From contig NW_024704743.1 in NCBI RefSeq assembly GCF_018977255.1, forward strand, positions 21,578,001-21,642,000: a stretch of 64,000 bases of DNA, in the 5' to 3' direction. The DNA comes from Callorhinchus milii (taxonomy: Eukaryota). The notes beneath the pieces are model-generated. The model was given only the letters and a program-made list of their open reading frames with translations. It ran no database searches and was not told the DNA's origin. Below, in pieces: positions 13,094 through 27,390 of the stretch (the stretch's first letter is position 1; the number at the start of each line of letters is the position of its first letter). The translations under genes and the position numbers were made by a program.

Positions 13094-14759
13094 ACTGCCC
13101 ATCCTTCCTTAGAAAAAATATTCCAGCCACAGATTGTGTCATGCGTTGGGTAACTAGATTGGTACCTGGGCTGAAGGGAAGCAGCTTACTATAATGAGAG
13201 GTTGGGTAGACTGTAGTTATGTTTCTTAGAGCAGAGGAGGTTAAGTGGTGATGTGATTGAGATATTTAAAATAATGAAAGGAATTGATAGGTTAGATAGT
13301 GGATGACTCTTTTCTCTGGTAGAGAAATCGTTTACAAGGGACATAGCCTTAAAATCACAACCAAGATTGCTAAAACTGAGGTCAGGAAACATTTCTTCAC
13401 ATTTTTTTTGTCGGCCAGGACAGAGGGTTGTGATGATGTGGAATTGTGTAGTGGTGGAATCAATAGGGATGTTTAAAGAGACAGACTGATACAGAGTATT
13501 ACAACTAAATGCTTAAGTAGATTGTTCTGGTACCTCATCCGTGACGACTTTTTAGTACATATCTTTTATATTCATACAGAATATCCTTTGTTATACTTGA
13601 GGAGCAGAATTATTAAAGGTCATAGTGAAAGTGCAGGGTATAGGGATTAAAATATCTGCCAAGATCTAAAAATCTGGTGGGCTGATTGGCCTCTTTCTGT
13701 TCCTGTTTTCCCAATTTCCTGTTTATCCTGTGTTCCTTCTGTGAAGATCCCATACAATAGAAAAAGGGTGGCATTTTCAATTTAAAGAACCTCATTAAGA
13801 TGATAATAATGTTTGGCTTCAGCAAATGTTTTCTAATATTATTAAAGAACCAGTTGTGTGGGCCAACTATTTAAGAACAGATGTTCATCTACATATACAC
13901 AGTCAATAACACTTAATAATAATAATAATAATAATAAGCCTTACATTTAGTATCGCGTCTTATCACATCGTTGAGACATCTCAAAGCGCTTTACAGGATA
14001 TACTGTAAAGTGGATTGACCATGTATAGAGTAAATAAATACCTTGAAGCCCTTTGAGATATCCTCCTGACATGAAAGGTCCTATATCAAATGCAAGGATT
14101 ATTATTATTGATAAGAACATAAAAAAAGCTAAGACCTGCTTTTGGAAATCTGCCCATACACCAAGCAGATATATCAAAGCCCTTCACAGAGTCTAGTGTA
14201 AAGTTAATTGACTGTATATTTTGTGGGCGAAACACGGCAGCCAATTGCACACAGAAGTGTCCCACAAACGGTCGTGGATTGAGTGACTATTGACTGCAAA
14301 ATGTGCAAAGCTCCGAAATCAGGAATTAGTCTTTAATGGCCTTGATGTGGAGAATGTGGAGAATAAATCAGCTTCCACATTGCTCTAGTGCAGGAAGCTA
14401 CGTTGCCTCACCATATAAATAAACAAGTGATATGACTCAGACCACCCTCAGACTCTTGTGATTATGTGACCAACAGCACTCTGTGATTTGTTTTTCAATG
14501 AGCCACCAAGTTCCATTATACACCCTCCATATGTCAGGACTGACAGGATCGACTATAAACAGCAAAGAACTAAAACCATTACATTAAAGCTAGTTTAGAA
14601 ATGCTACTCCTTTAAAATAGGTTTAACTCTTTGAATGCCAATAGTCTTGGGACGTTCAGGCTCTCCGGGTCTACTACCTTTTTAATATTTTCAACACAAA
14701 CACTAAAGACTGCAAGAAAGTATCAAACTCCTCTTTTGTTTAAATAGTTATAGTGCCGA

Positions 14760-15558
14760 TAACATTGAAATATCTCAAAACACTTATGGTTATGACTGTT
14801 CAGTGTAGTGACTCTATTTTTGTAGGCGAACATGGTAGCCAATTTGTGCATGGCGATGTCCAATAAAGAGACATGAAATGAATGATCAGTTTACCTGAGC
14901 CGTTGTTGGCCAGGACACGGCGAAAACATCCTTCTATTTTTGAATAGTAAGGTGGGATCTTTAATGTCCATCTGAACAAATGGGATGTTTGTCTAACATC
15001 TCATCTGAAGGACAGCAGCTCTGTCAATGTAGCTCTCCCCAACACTGCTGTGGAATGCCAACCTAGACTACGAGCTGAAACTCCTGGATGTGGGACTTGA
15101 AGTGGAGTCCTGTAGTGTATTGGTTAGAGCACTCGTCTTGCAAGCGAGAGCACCAGGGTTTGGCTCCTGGGCAGGGGAAAAAATTAGGCAAGTTTCCTTA
15201 TGCCTTTGTTTACCTAACAATATGTAGGAGCTTGGTTGTTAGTAGATTGGTGGATCACTTTTCCGGGGGGGTAATAATCCCTTTTGAAGGGTAATAATCA
15301 CTTAAAAATTAAAAAATACTAATAATAATTTGGTCGTTCAATCCACGATTATTTGTGGGACACTGCTGTGCTCAATTGGCTGTCGCATTTCTCCCACAAA
15401 ATATACAGTCAATATACGTTACAGTATATTCTGTGAAGTGCTTTGAGACGTCTTGTAAACATGCGCTTTGTCAAATGCAAGGATTATTATTATTATTATT
15501 GAACTCGCAGCCTTCTGACCTAGAAGCAAGATAGGTACCAACTGACCCAGCCTGACAT
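14760..15558. mobile_element. Old SacSINE1-like DeuSINE (-) interrupted by a tRNA-headed SINE (+, 15102-15500)
   Basis: The old element reads continuously across the insert (GGGACTTGAA | GAACTCGCAGCCTTCTGAC); apparent TTGAA target duplication. Confidence 0.82.
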
Positions 15559-18500
15559 TCATAATAAATTAATGTAAGTTTTATACGCATTGATAAGCTT
15601 TTCTCCTGCATGCTCCTGTGAAACCAAAATTGCCTTCCTTCAGGAACAAAGTGGAGAAATGGAAAATAAAAAAAATTAACTGGACATTGAAGGATGTGGA
15701 TGAAAGAATGCTTCTCTCATCTTAGCTCCCAGGGGATGAGCTCAAGCTGCTGACCCTGTTGTGACTGAGTCATTTACTTTAACTATTTTCTCTCTGCCTC
15801 ACAGGGCTTACATGAAAAAACTAAAAACCTTGACCTATCCAACACTTAACAGCAAGCACACTCCGTACTAGACAAACTACGATCATGCATATGTGGACCT
15901 CTTAATAATAGCCCTCCGTGCCTCAAACCCTCCTCCTCACCTCCTTGTTATCTATCTTTAAATCCTACTTTAAAACTAACCTCTTCAAACGAGCCTATAC
16001 TCACTTCCCCCTCCTCCTCTTTCTTTGTTAGGCGTCCAACCCTGCCACTGTGCTGTGCAGTGCTCTGAGATGCTATCCTGTGTGAAGGGTGCTATGTAAA
16101 TGCTATATTGTAGTTTCCTTTGAGCCCCTTAAGCATGGTGATGTTTTTCTGCTTATGTCAGACACACAACTGAACCAAAAAAATGCAATCGGTCCCATTC
16201 TTCTCCGTCTTATTTGAGTTATTTCTCATAATGTGCAAGTGTTGGGGTTATTAAAACAGCAAAATTTCACTAAATTCATTTAACCATGATTTATTTACAT
16301 TTGATTTACATAGCACCTTTCATGTAAGAGATTTGTACCTCTGTGTTTGGGCTCGGTTATAGGACCAGGAGAAGGTTATTCACTCCATTAAACCTGCTCC
16401 ATTATTTTATTATGCTACCTTCTCCGCGTGTATGTAAATTGTTCTTTGTTAGTTCAAGGCAGCTACTTGTATTTGTAATTTTAATCCCAGTTCTCCATCT
16501 TTCTCCTTATCTCTTAAAGTCCCTATTTCCCAAGCAGGTATTTGCCTTCGACCCTAGACACTCAATAATAATATTATAATAATCGCTGCATTTGATATAG
16601 TGCCTTACCATGTCGTTGAGATGTCTCAAAGCGATTCACAAAATATACTGTAAGGTGAATTGACTGTACATTTTGTGGGCAAAAACGTGGCAGCCAATTG
16701 TACACAGCAGTGTCCCACAAACAGTCGAGGATTGAGTGAATATTTTTTTTAAAAAACGGGATTATTACCCCTGGAAAGCCAATCAACCAGCACCCGGGTT
16801 TCTAGTTAACTCACTTGCAAAGCGAGAGGACACTTCAATCCATTTTGCATCAATAGTCTTTTGGGTGTAGTGCATTACGCATTCTTAACAACTCTTTGCG
16901 TAAAGAAATGTTTTGTGGATTCACTTTAGACCAGCTCTACTCTAATTTTCAATGCTGTAGTTATGAGACTAGTTACTGAATTGCCTACAAAGATTGCTGG
17001 AATCCCCAGACATCTGGAGGAGTTGCTTCACCTGGGAACCAGAAAAACGTTAAGCGATGTTTTGACCTGATAAAATGTGATAAAAACGCATGCTTTATTC
17101 CTTTGAAGTGCACCGATGTTTCTTGTGGAGCAGCATTCCTCATTAGAAACTTCCTCTCATTATTATGTCCTGACTGGGTTTTCGTAGCCAATGCCACAGC
17201 CCATTGCCTCTGCCCCCTTGTACCCTGTTGTCATGTTGAAGACAGTAGCAGGCCTGGAATTCAGGAGCACAAAAGAATTTGTGATGATTCATCAAACTGG
17301 GCATTTATGTACAAAATCCTTTGCCAAGTCACTCAGCCCATTGAACATTGGGTTTTATCACCTACAGGTTCCAACGCTAGTTTGTGACGCTAGTTTCAAG
17401 CCTCGGAATTTTTGTTGTTGTTATAATAATATTTGCCTTTGATATAGCACCTTATCACGTCTTCGACACATCTCAAAGCACTTTACAGAATATACTGTAA
17501 CGTGAATTGACTGTATATTTTGTGGGCAAAATGCGGCAGCCAATTGCACACAGCAATGTTCCACAAACAGTCGTGGATTGAGTAACCAAATTTTTTTTAT
17601 TGTTCAAGCTTCATTGAAAAATAAAGGTGGAGCAAAATCTGATTTCTTGTGAAAGTACATCATTAGCAATGTTTATGCTCCATTGCCTACAAGAGTCATA
17701 AGAAAAGCCTTGTTATTCAGAGGCAATGATTCTCATGCCCTGCCTACCTGACTACCCAGATTCACCCTACACAAGCTGCAACCATCGAGAGCTCTGCAAC
17801 CTGTGTCCTCTCCAGCACCAGGCTCCACAAGGTCATCACTCCATTACCCCAGCAGATTGAATTATAGGAACATAGGAACGAGCCTGTATCCCCATTCTGT
17901 TAGATCATGGCTAATCTGACCTCAACTCTAATTACCCGCCTTTGCCTCATATCCCTTGATAACCTGAACTAATAAAAATCTATCCACCTCAGTCTCAAAA
18001 TTTTAATGGATCCAGCATCCATAGCCTTTTGGGGGAGAGACTTCCAGATTTCCACTATCCTTTGTGTGAATTCAACCATGTTCGAATCCCTCCATGGCCT
18101 TGTCCCATACCATTGTTATGTTCCCTGGCTGTTCCCTCTTGTTCCCTGCTGCCTGGAAGTCCCTCCACCTCACCCTCTCTCTCCCACTTTTAAACCCCAC
18201 CTTCAGTCCTATCTTTTCAACAACACTTTCAGTCATCTTTACCTCCCCTCCTCAGTTTCCTCCTCCCCACTCCCCCCACCCCCACCCCCAACCTTGGGTA
18301 TCTAGTTAGTTGCTTTAAGATGTTCCCCCTGATATGAAAGGTACTTTAGAAATGTAAATTGTTGTTGCTGTTGAAAGCCAAAGGCATACTGAAAATAAGG
18401 AGGTGCACTTGACTTGTGATTTGAGTTTGGAAGTTAAAAATCACTTATACATTTGGAGGAGTCATTCTCTTAAAATAGTGGAGAGGCATTGCATTGTGAG

Positions 18501-21144
18501 GTTCTATTATAACAACCAAAATGGTCGATAATATTTGAGAATTTTATGAGTTGTAAAGTTGTATTGTTTCAAAACAATTCAAGAGATAGAGTTTTTGTTT
18601 GATCAGCCAGGTGTCTGACACATGCGGAAACCCATCACCATGATTTAGAGTATCCAAACCAAGCTGCAATTGTAGTGGGGGATAAACAATAGGAGGGAGA
18701 TGGTCAAAGGCAGTGAAAGAGTTAGATTCTTAGATGGATTTTTGAAAGTAGATAGGGAGAGAGTTCTAGAGGCAACAGGAGGGTAGCGTATATTGAAATA
18801 TGGTCTATCGATGATGGAAAGAGAGAGGGGATGTGAAGCAGGCCTGAGGTAGCAGAGTGGAGGAATTGGGGTTTGGAGTAGGACCGCAGGAGATCACAGA
18901 GACGGAATGGGGAAAGGAGATGGAGGCATTTGAAACAAAGCTGTGTTGAACTACGTTTGTCCATATTCATGCAATTTGAAGTTAGAAACGTTTGTACAGC
19001 AATGTCAGTAATATCAATTTATGAAAGTCTTCAATCATTCAAGGATAGATGAACAGAGTTAAATCATTTCAGTCACCTCTTTCATTTAAATAATAACAAT
19101 CCTTGCATTTCATATATTGCCTTTTATGTCAGGATATCACAAATCGCTTCATAGGATTTACTGAAATGGATAAGTGATTGTATTTTATAGGCGAATGTGG
19201 CCGCCAATTTGCCTGCAGCAATGTTCCACAAACAGCCATGAAGTGCACATATTTTATGTGGGAGATTGTTGGCCAATACATTAGGAGAAACTTCCTTCCT
19301 TTTTCTTTTCAAGTCGTGCTGTGGGATTTTTAACATTTGCCTGAACAGGCAAACAGGACCTTGGTTGAACATCTCATCCAAAAAATGGCACCTCTGATAA
19401 TGCAGCGGTAATACCCTCAGCTCTTCATTAGAGTGTCAGCCTAGACTAGGGTGGTCCTACTCGCAGTCCACGGGCCGGTTTCATCCCCCCCCACACCCCC
19501 TCCATTTCATCTGGCCCACCTGCATAAACATAAACACATTGCTTTTGCACAGCTCACGGATGTTTCTCAAATAGGGCACCCGGCCCTCAGCAGCCAAAAG
19601 GTTGGACCACCTCGGCCTAGACCATTTGAGTTTAAAGTCTCAACCTAAGGTTGAACTCACAACCTTTTAAGCAATATGTTTACTGAAACTATATTATTGA
19701 ACTCACTGAAGTGGAATTTCAAAATGTCTTTATTTCTTCACACTTCGTAAAAGCCACACATTGGTTCCATAAGTTTTTCACTCTGGTGAAGAAAATTCCC
19801 ATGGGACGCACTAGTCCCAGTTATTACTGAGAAGTTTTACGTAATCCAAAAAGTCATTCCAGAATTTGTATCCTCCCCTCAGCGCACACTGCAGTAAACA
19901 ATGATGAACTGCATTGTCTTGCATGGTATTTTTGGCCATGTAATCAGGTCTCAGATATGGAACACAATAGTGTCATAAATTCATAAGTCAGCTCAGAACT
20001 GGTTTGGGGAAATGTTTTCTCAGACTTAGCAGATGTAAGCTTAAGTGTTTACTTTATGGACTTTAGAAATGATATCGGTATTTTTTACATTAGCTGATTC
20101 TATGTTTATACTGATAGGAACAAAACAGCTTTTTTTACTAGCAATGAAGCACTGCGGAGTGGAAAACTGGATTTATATTTCAGAATACAAGAACAGGAGG
20201 AAGCCTTTCAGCCCATTGATGCAGCTCTGTCAGTTTATTAGATCACGACAGAGCTTTTAAACTTTTAAGAAGCCACGTGCAATAAGTAACATCTAAACCA
20301 GGCTTAATAATAATAATAATAATTTAATGTAATTTGATATAGCGCCTTTCACATCAGGAGGATGTCTCAAAGCGTTTCAGCCCCTTGGGACGTCCTCCAG
20401 ACGTGAAAGATACTATACAAATGTAATTTTGATGCTGTTCACAGGATTCACCGTATAGTGACTGTGTATTTGTAGGTGAATGCAGCAGTCCATTTCCCTG
20501 CCTTTTTCTCTTTACTACCTTAATATACTTACTTCCCACATATCAATCCATCTCCCTCTTAATCATACCAACTGATGTTGCCTCTGCTTTCTCTTCATTG
20601 TGTTGATTCAGGCCCTTTAAAAAATACCATCTGATTTTAGAGTTATGAATACTGAAAGCAGATTTTTGTTTTTTACTATTATGAATGAGTTGGTTCTCAT
20701 TAATAACCAACTCAGTAATGCAGTCACATGAAAAAATCACACAATGAAACTTCCTGGAGAGATATAATGAGCTGTCCGAGAGCTTTCCAAGGACCACAAA
20801 GTAGCTGAACCCAATATATAATAATAATAATCCTTGCATTTGATATCACGCTTTTCATGTCTTCTTGACATCTCAAAGCGCTTCACAGAATAGACTGTAA
20901 AGTGAATTGACCACTGAGTTTATACTGCGTTTTGTGGCAAATTGGTGGTGAATTTGTGGCAATTCACTGCAAAACGTGTAGCATGAAACGTCAGACCAAA
21001 TGTTAAGACAATATACATGTCAATCTGTATATTCTATTGTACCTTTAACATAGTCACATTGACACTGGTGCAATAGAGAAAACAACTGGACCTGTTATTA
21101 GATGAGGAGTAACACATGCCATAACTAACAACTAAATCAGTCTT

Positions 21145-21990
21145 AATAATAATAATAATCCTTGCATTTGATATAATGCTTTCACATCGGATGATGTCTC
21201 AAAGCGCTTCACGAGATTTACTGTTTAGTGACTGTGCATTTGTAGTTGAACGCAGTAGCCCATTTGTGCACAGCAAAGGCCCACAACCAGCCATGAAACA
21301 AATGATAAGTTTTATTTGGGGGATTGTTGGGCAGGACAGTGGCAGAAACACTCTTTTCTTTTTGAGTAGCCAATAATAATAATAATAATAATCCTTGCAT
21401 TTGATATAGCGCTTTTCACGTCGGGAGGACGTCCCAAAGCGCTTCACAGAATATACTGTAAAGTGAATTGACTGTATATTTGTGGGCGAACGCGGCAGCC
21501 AATTGCGCACAGCAATGTCCCACAAACAGTCGTGGATTGAAAATGACCAATTTTTTATTATTGTTTTTGGTTTTGGAGGGATTATTATTAGGCGTGTGGA
21601 GTAAGGAAACTTGCCCAAGGTTTCGCCCTGCCTGGAATTGAACTCAGGTCTCTCGCTTGCAAAGCGAGTGCTCTAACCACTGAGCTACAGGAGCTAATAA
21701 TAATAATCCTTGCATTTGATATAGTGCCTTATCATGGCTTCTAGACGTCTCAAAGAGCTTCACAGAATATACTGTAGGGTGAATTGACTGTGTATTTTGT
21801 GAGAGAAGCGAGGCAGCCAATTGCACACAGCAATCACCTGAACATCACCTAAACAGGCAGACGGAACCTCGGTTTAATGTCTCATCCATAGGATGGCACC
21901 TCTGACAATATAACACCTCCCACTTTCACCCAGCATTGTATTGGAATGTTAGCGTGGACTATGTGAATACAAGTCTTGATGTGAGGCTTG
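21145..21990 (-). mobile_element. SINE pile-up: old DeuSINE interrupted by a young full SINE (21372-21693) and another SINE tail
   Basis: Three (AAT)n-CCTTGCATTTGATAT tails in series; the old-type body resumes at ~21835. Confidence 0.82.
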
Positions 21991-22504
21991 ATTGAACCAC
22001 AACACTAAATTAAAACTGGTTGTTTTCAGACAGAAAGCATGATATTCGTACCACTCCAGGTCTCAGAGGAAAAGTAAGAAGGCAGATGTTGAACTCTGAT
22101 GAATTTATCACAGATGTCATTTCCCTCAGGGGGACCCAATAGTGTAGCAATTCAGTGATTCAACATTGCATGTGTGTCACTGAGAGAAGTAGCTCTATCT
22201 AACCACTGATCAGCTTGGCTCAGCTACTAGTGCGCTCAGCTCTGGGTCTAAAGGTTGTAGGTTCAAGATGTACATCAGGTCTTCAAGCTCATAATTGACA
22301 TTGTTACTCCAGTATTATATTATCAGTAGTGTCATCTTTCAGGTAAGATGTTAAACTGAGGTCTGTGGTGGCATTTCAGATGGATGTTAAAGATTATGGT
22401 CTTGAAAGAACAGTAGAGTGGAAAGTTCTCCTGGTATTCTGACTAATATTTATTCCTGCTGAGGTACAATTCCATGGATGCTAGTTGGCATTTGGTATCT
22501 ATAT

Positions 22505-22940
22505 TGTGTCAGCTTGGCTCAGATGGTGGCACTCTAATTTCTAAGTCAGAAGGTAATAGCTTGAGTCCCACTTCAGGGCTTGGAACTCATATAGTCCAAG
22601 CTGACACTGCAATGCTAAGATTGAGATTGAGATTGAGCTGCATTGGATGAGACGTTAAACTGAGGCTCTATCTGCCTGATCAGATGGACTCTAAAGATCC
22701 TATGCCACTATTTGAAAAGAGAAGGGAGTTTCTCCAAGTGTCCTGACCAACAATCCCTCGAAAAAAAAAGCCATTCATTTCATTGCTGTTTATGGAACAT
22801 TGTGTGTAAATTAGCTGCCGGATTAGCTCACAAAAATACAGTTGCTACACTTTACAGTATATATTTTTAAGTGCTTTGGGATGTCCTCCAAACGTAAAAG
22901 TTGTTGTATTAAATGTAAGGATTATTATTATTATTATTAT
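22505..22940 (+). mobile_element. Full-length old SacSINE1-like DeuSINE
   Basis: Head GTGTCAGCTTGGCTCAGATGG...GTCAGAAGG; body GATGAGACGTTAAACTGAGG...AAAGATCC; Deu core; (ATT)n tail. Related copies at ~8070-8445, 19090-19450, 22185-22460, 33640-33975 and 49435-49790. Confidence 0.82.
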
Positions 22941-25444
22941 TCCACAAGTGCCCATTATTTAGCTGTGTGGCCCATTATTTAGTAGGCTTCTCAACTGCAA
23001 GGGACATCACTGTAAAGTTATGATCTTATCCTCACCTGATATCCACATATGTTTTTTTCAGTGGAGGAAAACAACAAATTGCATTATTTTGCGCCCTTCA
23101 CCCAGGGTAGTGTCTCAGAGCATTTAAAAGAGAAGGGGAGACAGGTCTAATTGAGGATTTTATACCTGATTCAAGGTTCCAGTACTCTGCTGAAAACAAG
23201 AAGTTACTCCATTTATAAGACAACAACATATGCATCTCCAAATCATCAAACCCAAAATAACAAAGTCAAATGTTTGCCACCTACAAGGAGTCTATACTTA
23301 ATAACAAGTACGTGATTTTATTTGACTGTGATATCTGTATTGCGAGTAAAAGGCATTTTCTTCTATTTCTGCAACATTGAGCATGTAGTAATGGATCCAG
23401 ACTGCGTTGTGGGTTGAATGGGGGCCCCAGGGGAGTGCTAGTAAAGCATTGCTCCTTATCGCGGCTCATCATGGCAGAAAGAAAACCGTAGGGACTCTGA
23501 GATCAGGTGTCTGTTTCTCTTTTAGCCAGTGATAGAGGAGTCTTCCTGTAGGACCTCTGGCTAAACTAAACGCCCCCGCATTGGGGAGGTGTAAAGACTC
23601 CTGCAGTCAGCATGAGAATGGTATATGTGTGCCTGAGGAAGCAATGAGTGTGAGTGTGTGGGGGATATAAACACCATTGGCACTGGGAAACTGATTAAGA
23701 TTAGACACTGGTTAAGCAGCAAGGAAAGTGTGTCTCTACAGTTCGTTCTTCTCAAATAGAGTACTGCAACTGAGTCAACAAAATTCTGTTCTTAATAAGT
23801 TAGTTTCCATTGCAAAAATATATCTGAAGGCCTCATCCCACAACAAACGATATTGGTTATTTGAAAGTAGACAGTGCCTTCTGTATTTGTACAGCAAAAT
23901 TAGAATTGTTTTGTGTGAACTCACTAAAAAAGTCCTTTCAATGTATTTTCTGGAATATTGTTGGGGTTTGGCACCATCTTAGAAAGAGAAAACTTATACA
24001 GTTCTTGCTTCAGTCACATAAACAGTACGTGTTTCACAAAAGAGTATTTGTCAACTGCGTTATTCTATCCGGCTGTATGATATTCATGCACATCACAATG
24101 CATTTATTTTGCTTTCATCTCTGATTGACGATTCTTCATTCTGTGTGAGGAATAAATGAGTTTCATCAGTTTCAGTTGTAAGGATTAGAATTTGTTAGGT
24201 AAAAGAAAAAAATGTCTTAAATGTTTCATTCTTATCTGTCATTTCAGAAATAACCCAGTGAAAAATAAATGGTAAATAGATTTGAAAATGCGAAAAAACG
24301 TAGAAAATTGCCATTTAAGATACTGTTGTCCTGACAATCCCCAGGCAATAATGCTAATGAATATGTGCGGCTGCATTTGGAGACACTGTACGCAATGAGG
24401 ATGAATAAAGATATATATTTTCAGGCCTCTTTAAAGACAGTCTTTTCAATGTAAACAATTACTTATCCTCATCACATGCTGCCTCTGGGTTGGGTTACAG
24501 TGACAGATGTGATGCTGAGCTTATTGCTTCTGTCCCTGTAGGATAGGCTGCCTAGGAAACGGTTCAGACTGCAGGTGCACAGAAATGAACAGCCACATTC
24601 CCTCCACCCGCCCACATTAAAAAACAAATTCCCTGCAGATTAGGAGTGGCCCTTGGATTTTCATTAATGTTTTATTGAAAATAGGAAGGACTTTTATATA
24701 AAAACACACACATTTTTCAAATGATCAGCTGTGAGTTAACAATTCTACCGCTAACAAACCATTCCCAAAGCCCTCTGCCTCACCTTTTTTTCCAGAAGGA
24801 GACATTTTTCAGCAAATTTTTAACTTCTGACTTATTTTAAAAAAATACAGGATATGATGGTGCTGTGCAAACACTTACATAGCCAAGCTGTTTGGAGAAT
24901 TATTCCAAAATAGTGATCCTGGCAATGTTGGAGATGAATTAAAACAAAAGAACTACTTAGAAGTAAAAGGATGTTTTTAATACAGATTGTTTGGACAGCA
25001 TTTGGACAAATTTTATATTTGGGCTGGTGGGTGTAAAAGCTTTGTTAAGGGCATAGCCTCAGAGCTGAGCTGTTAATACTGCATATTTCAATCCACTACC
25101 TCTTAACATACAGCTGGTGTTATTTAAGAAATTCAATCAGATGATAGTTGAAATTATTAAAATTTACCACTTCAATGAGCAGAAACCAGCCATTTAACCT
25201 ATGCAAGTCAGCTTGATGTGCAACACCGGTAGTGATAAGGGTGGAAAATAATCTGGACTCGGCACAGATAAACACGTTTTACCACATTGAAGCTTGCTGA
25301 AGTTTCCTTCTTCCTTACGCCATTCAGCCCATACGCCTTTCTTTCAGCTCAGGAGAACATACCTTCCACATTAATGTCCTTTCAAACTCCAAGCTCCTTG
25401 TATGCCCATCACTGACCCAGACCTTGATCCCAAACCACTCACAA

Positions 25445-25884
25445 TAATAAAGATAATAATAATCCTTGCACTGATATAGTAACTTTTACATCGTGAGGAC
25501 TTGTCAAAGTGCTTCACAGGAATTACTGTAGAGTGCAGTGACTGTACATTTTGTAGGTGAATGTGGCAGCTCGTTTGTTCACAGCAATGTCCTACCAACA
25601 GTTATGAAACAAATGACCAATTTTATTGATTGTCGGCAAGGGCACTGGAAGAAATCTCCCTTCTCTTTTCGAATAGTGCCATATGATTTTTAACATCCTC
25701 TTAAATGGACAGACTGGACTGCAGTTTAACATTTCACCCCCCTACAATGCAATGGATCCCCAGCATAACATTGGAATACCTGACTATGCTGATTATGTGA
25801 TTTCAAAGTCCTGATGTAGGGCTTGAAGCCACAACCTTCTGACTCAGAGGCAAAAGTGCTTCCAACTGAGCCAGGCTGACACAA
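25445..25884 (-). mobile_element. Full-length old SacSINE1-like DeuSINE
   Basis: Reverse-complement homologue of 22505-22940. Confidence 0.82.
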
Positions 25885-25899
25885 TGTCAGAATAAAGTC

Positions 25900-27390
25900 A
25901 ACAACAACAAATTGCATTTATTTAACACGTTTCACATCGGGAGAACATCCCAAAGTGCTGAACAATTGAGGGTTTGCACCTGAGCAGGGGTTTGCAATAT
26001 GGAGGAGTAGTGGCCGAGGTGGTAGGGATGGAAAGATGACTGAAGGCACGGTCAAAGAGGAAGGTCTTGAGATGGACCTTTAAGGAGGTGAGGGAAAGGG
26101 CGTGGATGGGGATCCAGAGCGTGGGGGCAGAAAGGCTGAAGGCCTACAACTGATGCTGGGGTGGCAGGGCGGAGGATATGAAACATTTAGAAATATAAAT
26201 TAAACATTGCACAGTGTCTGCCAAGCGGAGGAAGCGAGCAGGTTGTTAGGGTTTTAAAATATCACAGAGGGGATTTTAGATGTAAGGACGAGGATCTTGA
26301 ACCTGATCCTCTCGGGGATGGGAGCCAGTGGAGCTGGACGAGGATGGGGGTGATGGGCTTGTGAAATCTAGCATGGGAGAGGACACGAGCTGCAGAGTTC
26401 TGAACGGTGTGCAGCTTGTGGAGAGAAGAGTTGGGAAGTCCGGTGAGCAGAGGGTTGGTGTGTCAAACCTGGACGTGATAAAAGCATGGATAAGGTCCCA
26501 GCAGCCTGAGGCAAGAGGTGGTGGCACAGGCGGACAATGTTGCAGAGGTGGAGGAAAACAGAAAACTGGGCATGGATGTTGGGTTTAAGGACAGTTGAGA
26601 GTTGAACAAGACACTGAGATTTCAGAATGTGGAGGTGGACAGTGGATCCATGTAGATTTATGCTGTCAGCGCCTGAGCTGAGAAGGGCCTGACGAGAGCT
26701 AAGCAAGCTGGCCTCTGTCTTGTCAACATTCAACTGGAGAAAGTTAGCTCGCATCTAGGATTTGATGTCTGGCAGGCAATCGGTCAAAAGTGGAGGCAGA
26801 GAGATAGATTGGGTGTCGTCTGCATACATGTGGAAGTTCACCTGCAGGTCACATCACTAAGTGGGAGAATGTAGGAGAGGACCAAGGATAGAGCCCTGAG
26901 GAACACCGCATATGACCTTTTGGGGCCGGGTAGAGAAGCGATTGGCAGATACGAAGTGGAGAAGTTGCGATAGGTAAGAATGAAACCAAGCAAGGACAGA
27001 GCTGGGAAGATGAAACTGAGAGGAAAAGGGGAGAGAATAGAATAGTCACCATCTTGAAAGCAGCAGAGAGGTCAAGAAGCAAGAGGAGGCAGACAGAGCA
27101 CCTGGTCACAGATGGAGAGAATGTCATTTGTGACTTTAACCAGGGCAGTCTTGGTACTATGGACAGCACGAATGCTGAATTGGAGGGGTTCATGCAGGGA
27201 GTGCTGGGAGAGGAAAGAGAGAAGCTGGAAAGCAAGCAATGATTTGTTTCAATACCTTGGAAGAGGAAAGGTAGATTGGATATGGGATGTAGTCAGGGAA
27301 CAGGGATAGGTTGAGGGAAAGTTTTTTGAGGGAAGTTTATGACTGCTGTTATGAACGGGCTGGTTTTAAATGGAATAGGGGATGACAGCT
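25900..27390 (-). mobile_element. Degenerate L2-clade LINE, RT region to 3' tail
   Basis: LLLDLSAAF, MYADD-like and NFLQLNVDKTEA fragments with frameshifts; (TTG)n tail at ~25900. Confidence 0.88.

Noticed and set aside
20922..20980. Pre-miRNA-like hairpin
   Set aside because: Imperfect, many G-U pairs, no recognisable mature miRNA; could be chance or a MITE remnant.
21199..21618. Recurrent ORF family (WDIAVRNWLP...KCKDYYYY)
   Set aside because: Translation of SINE copies.
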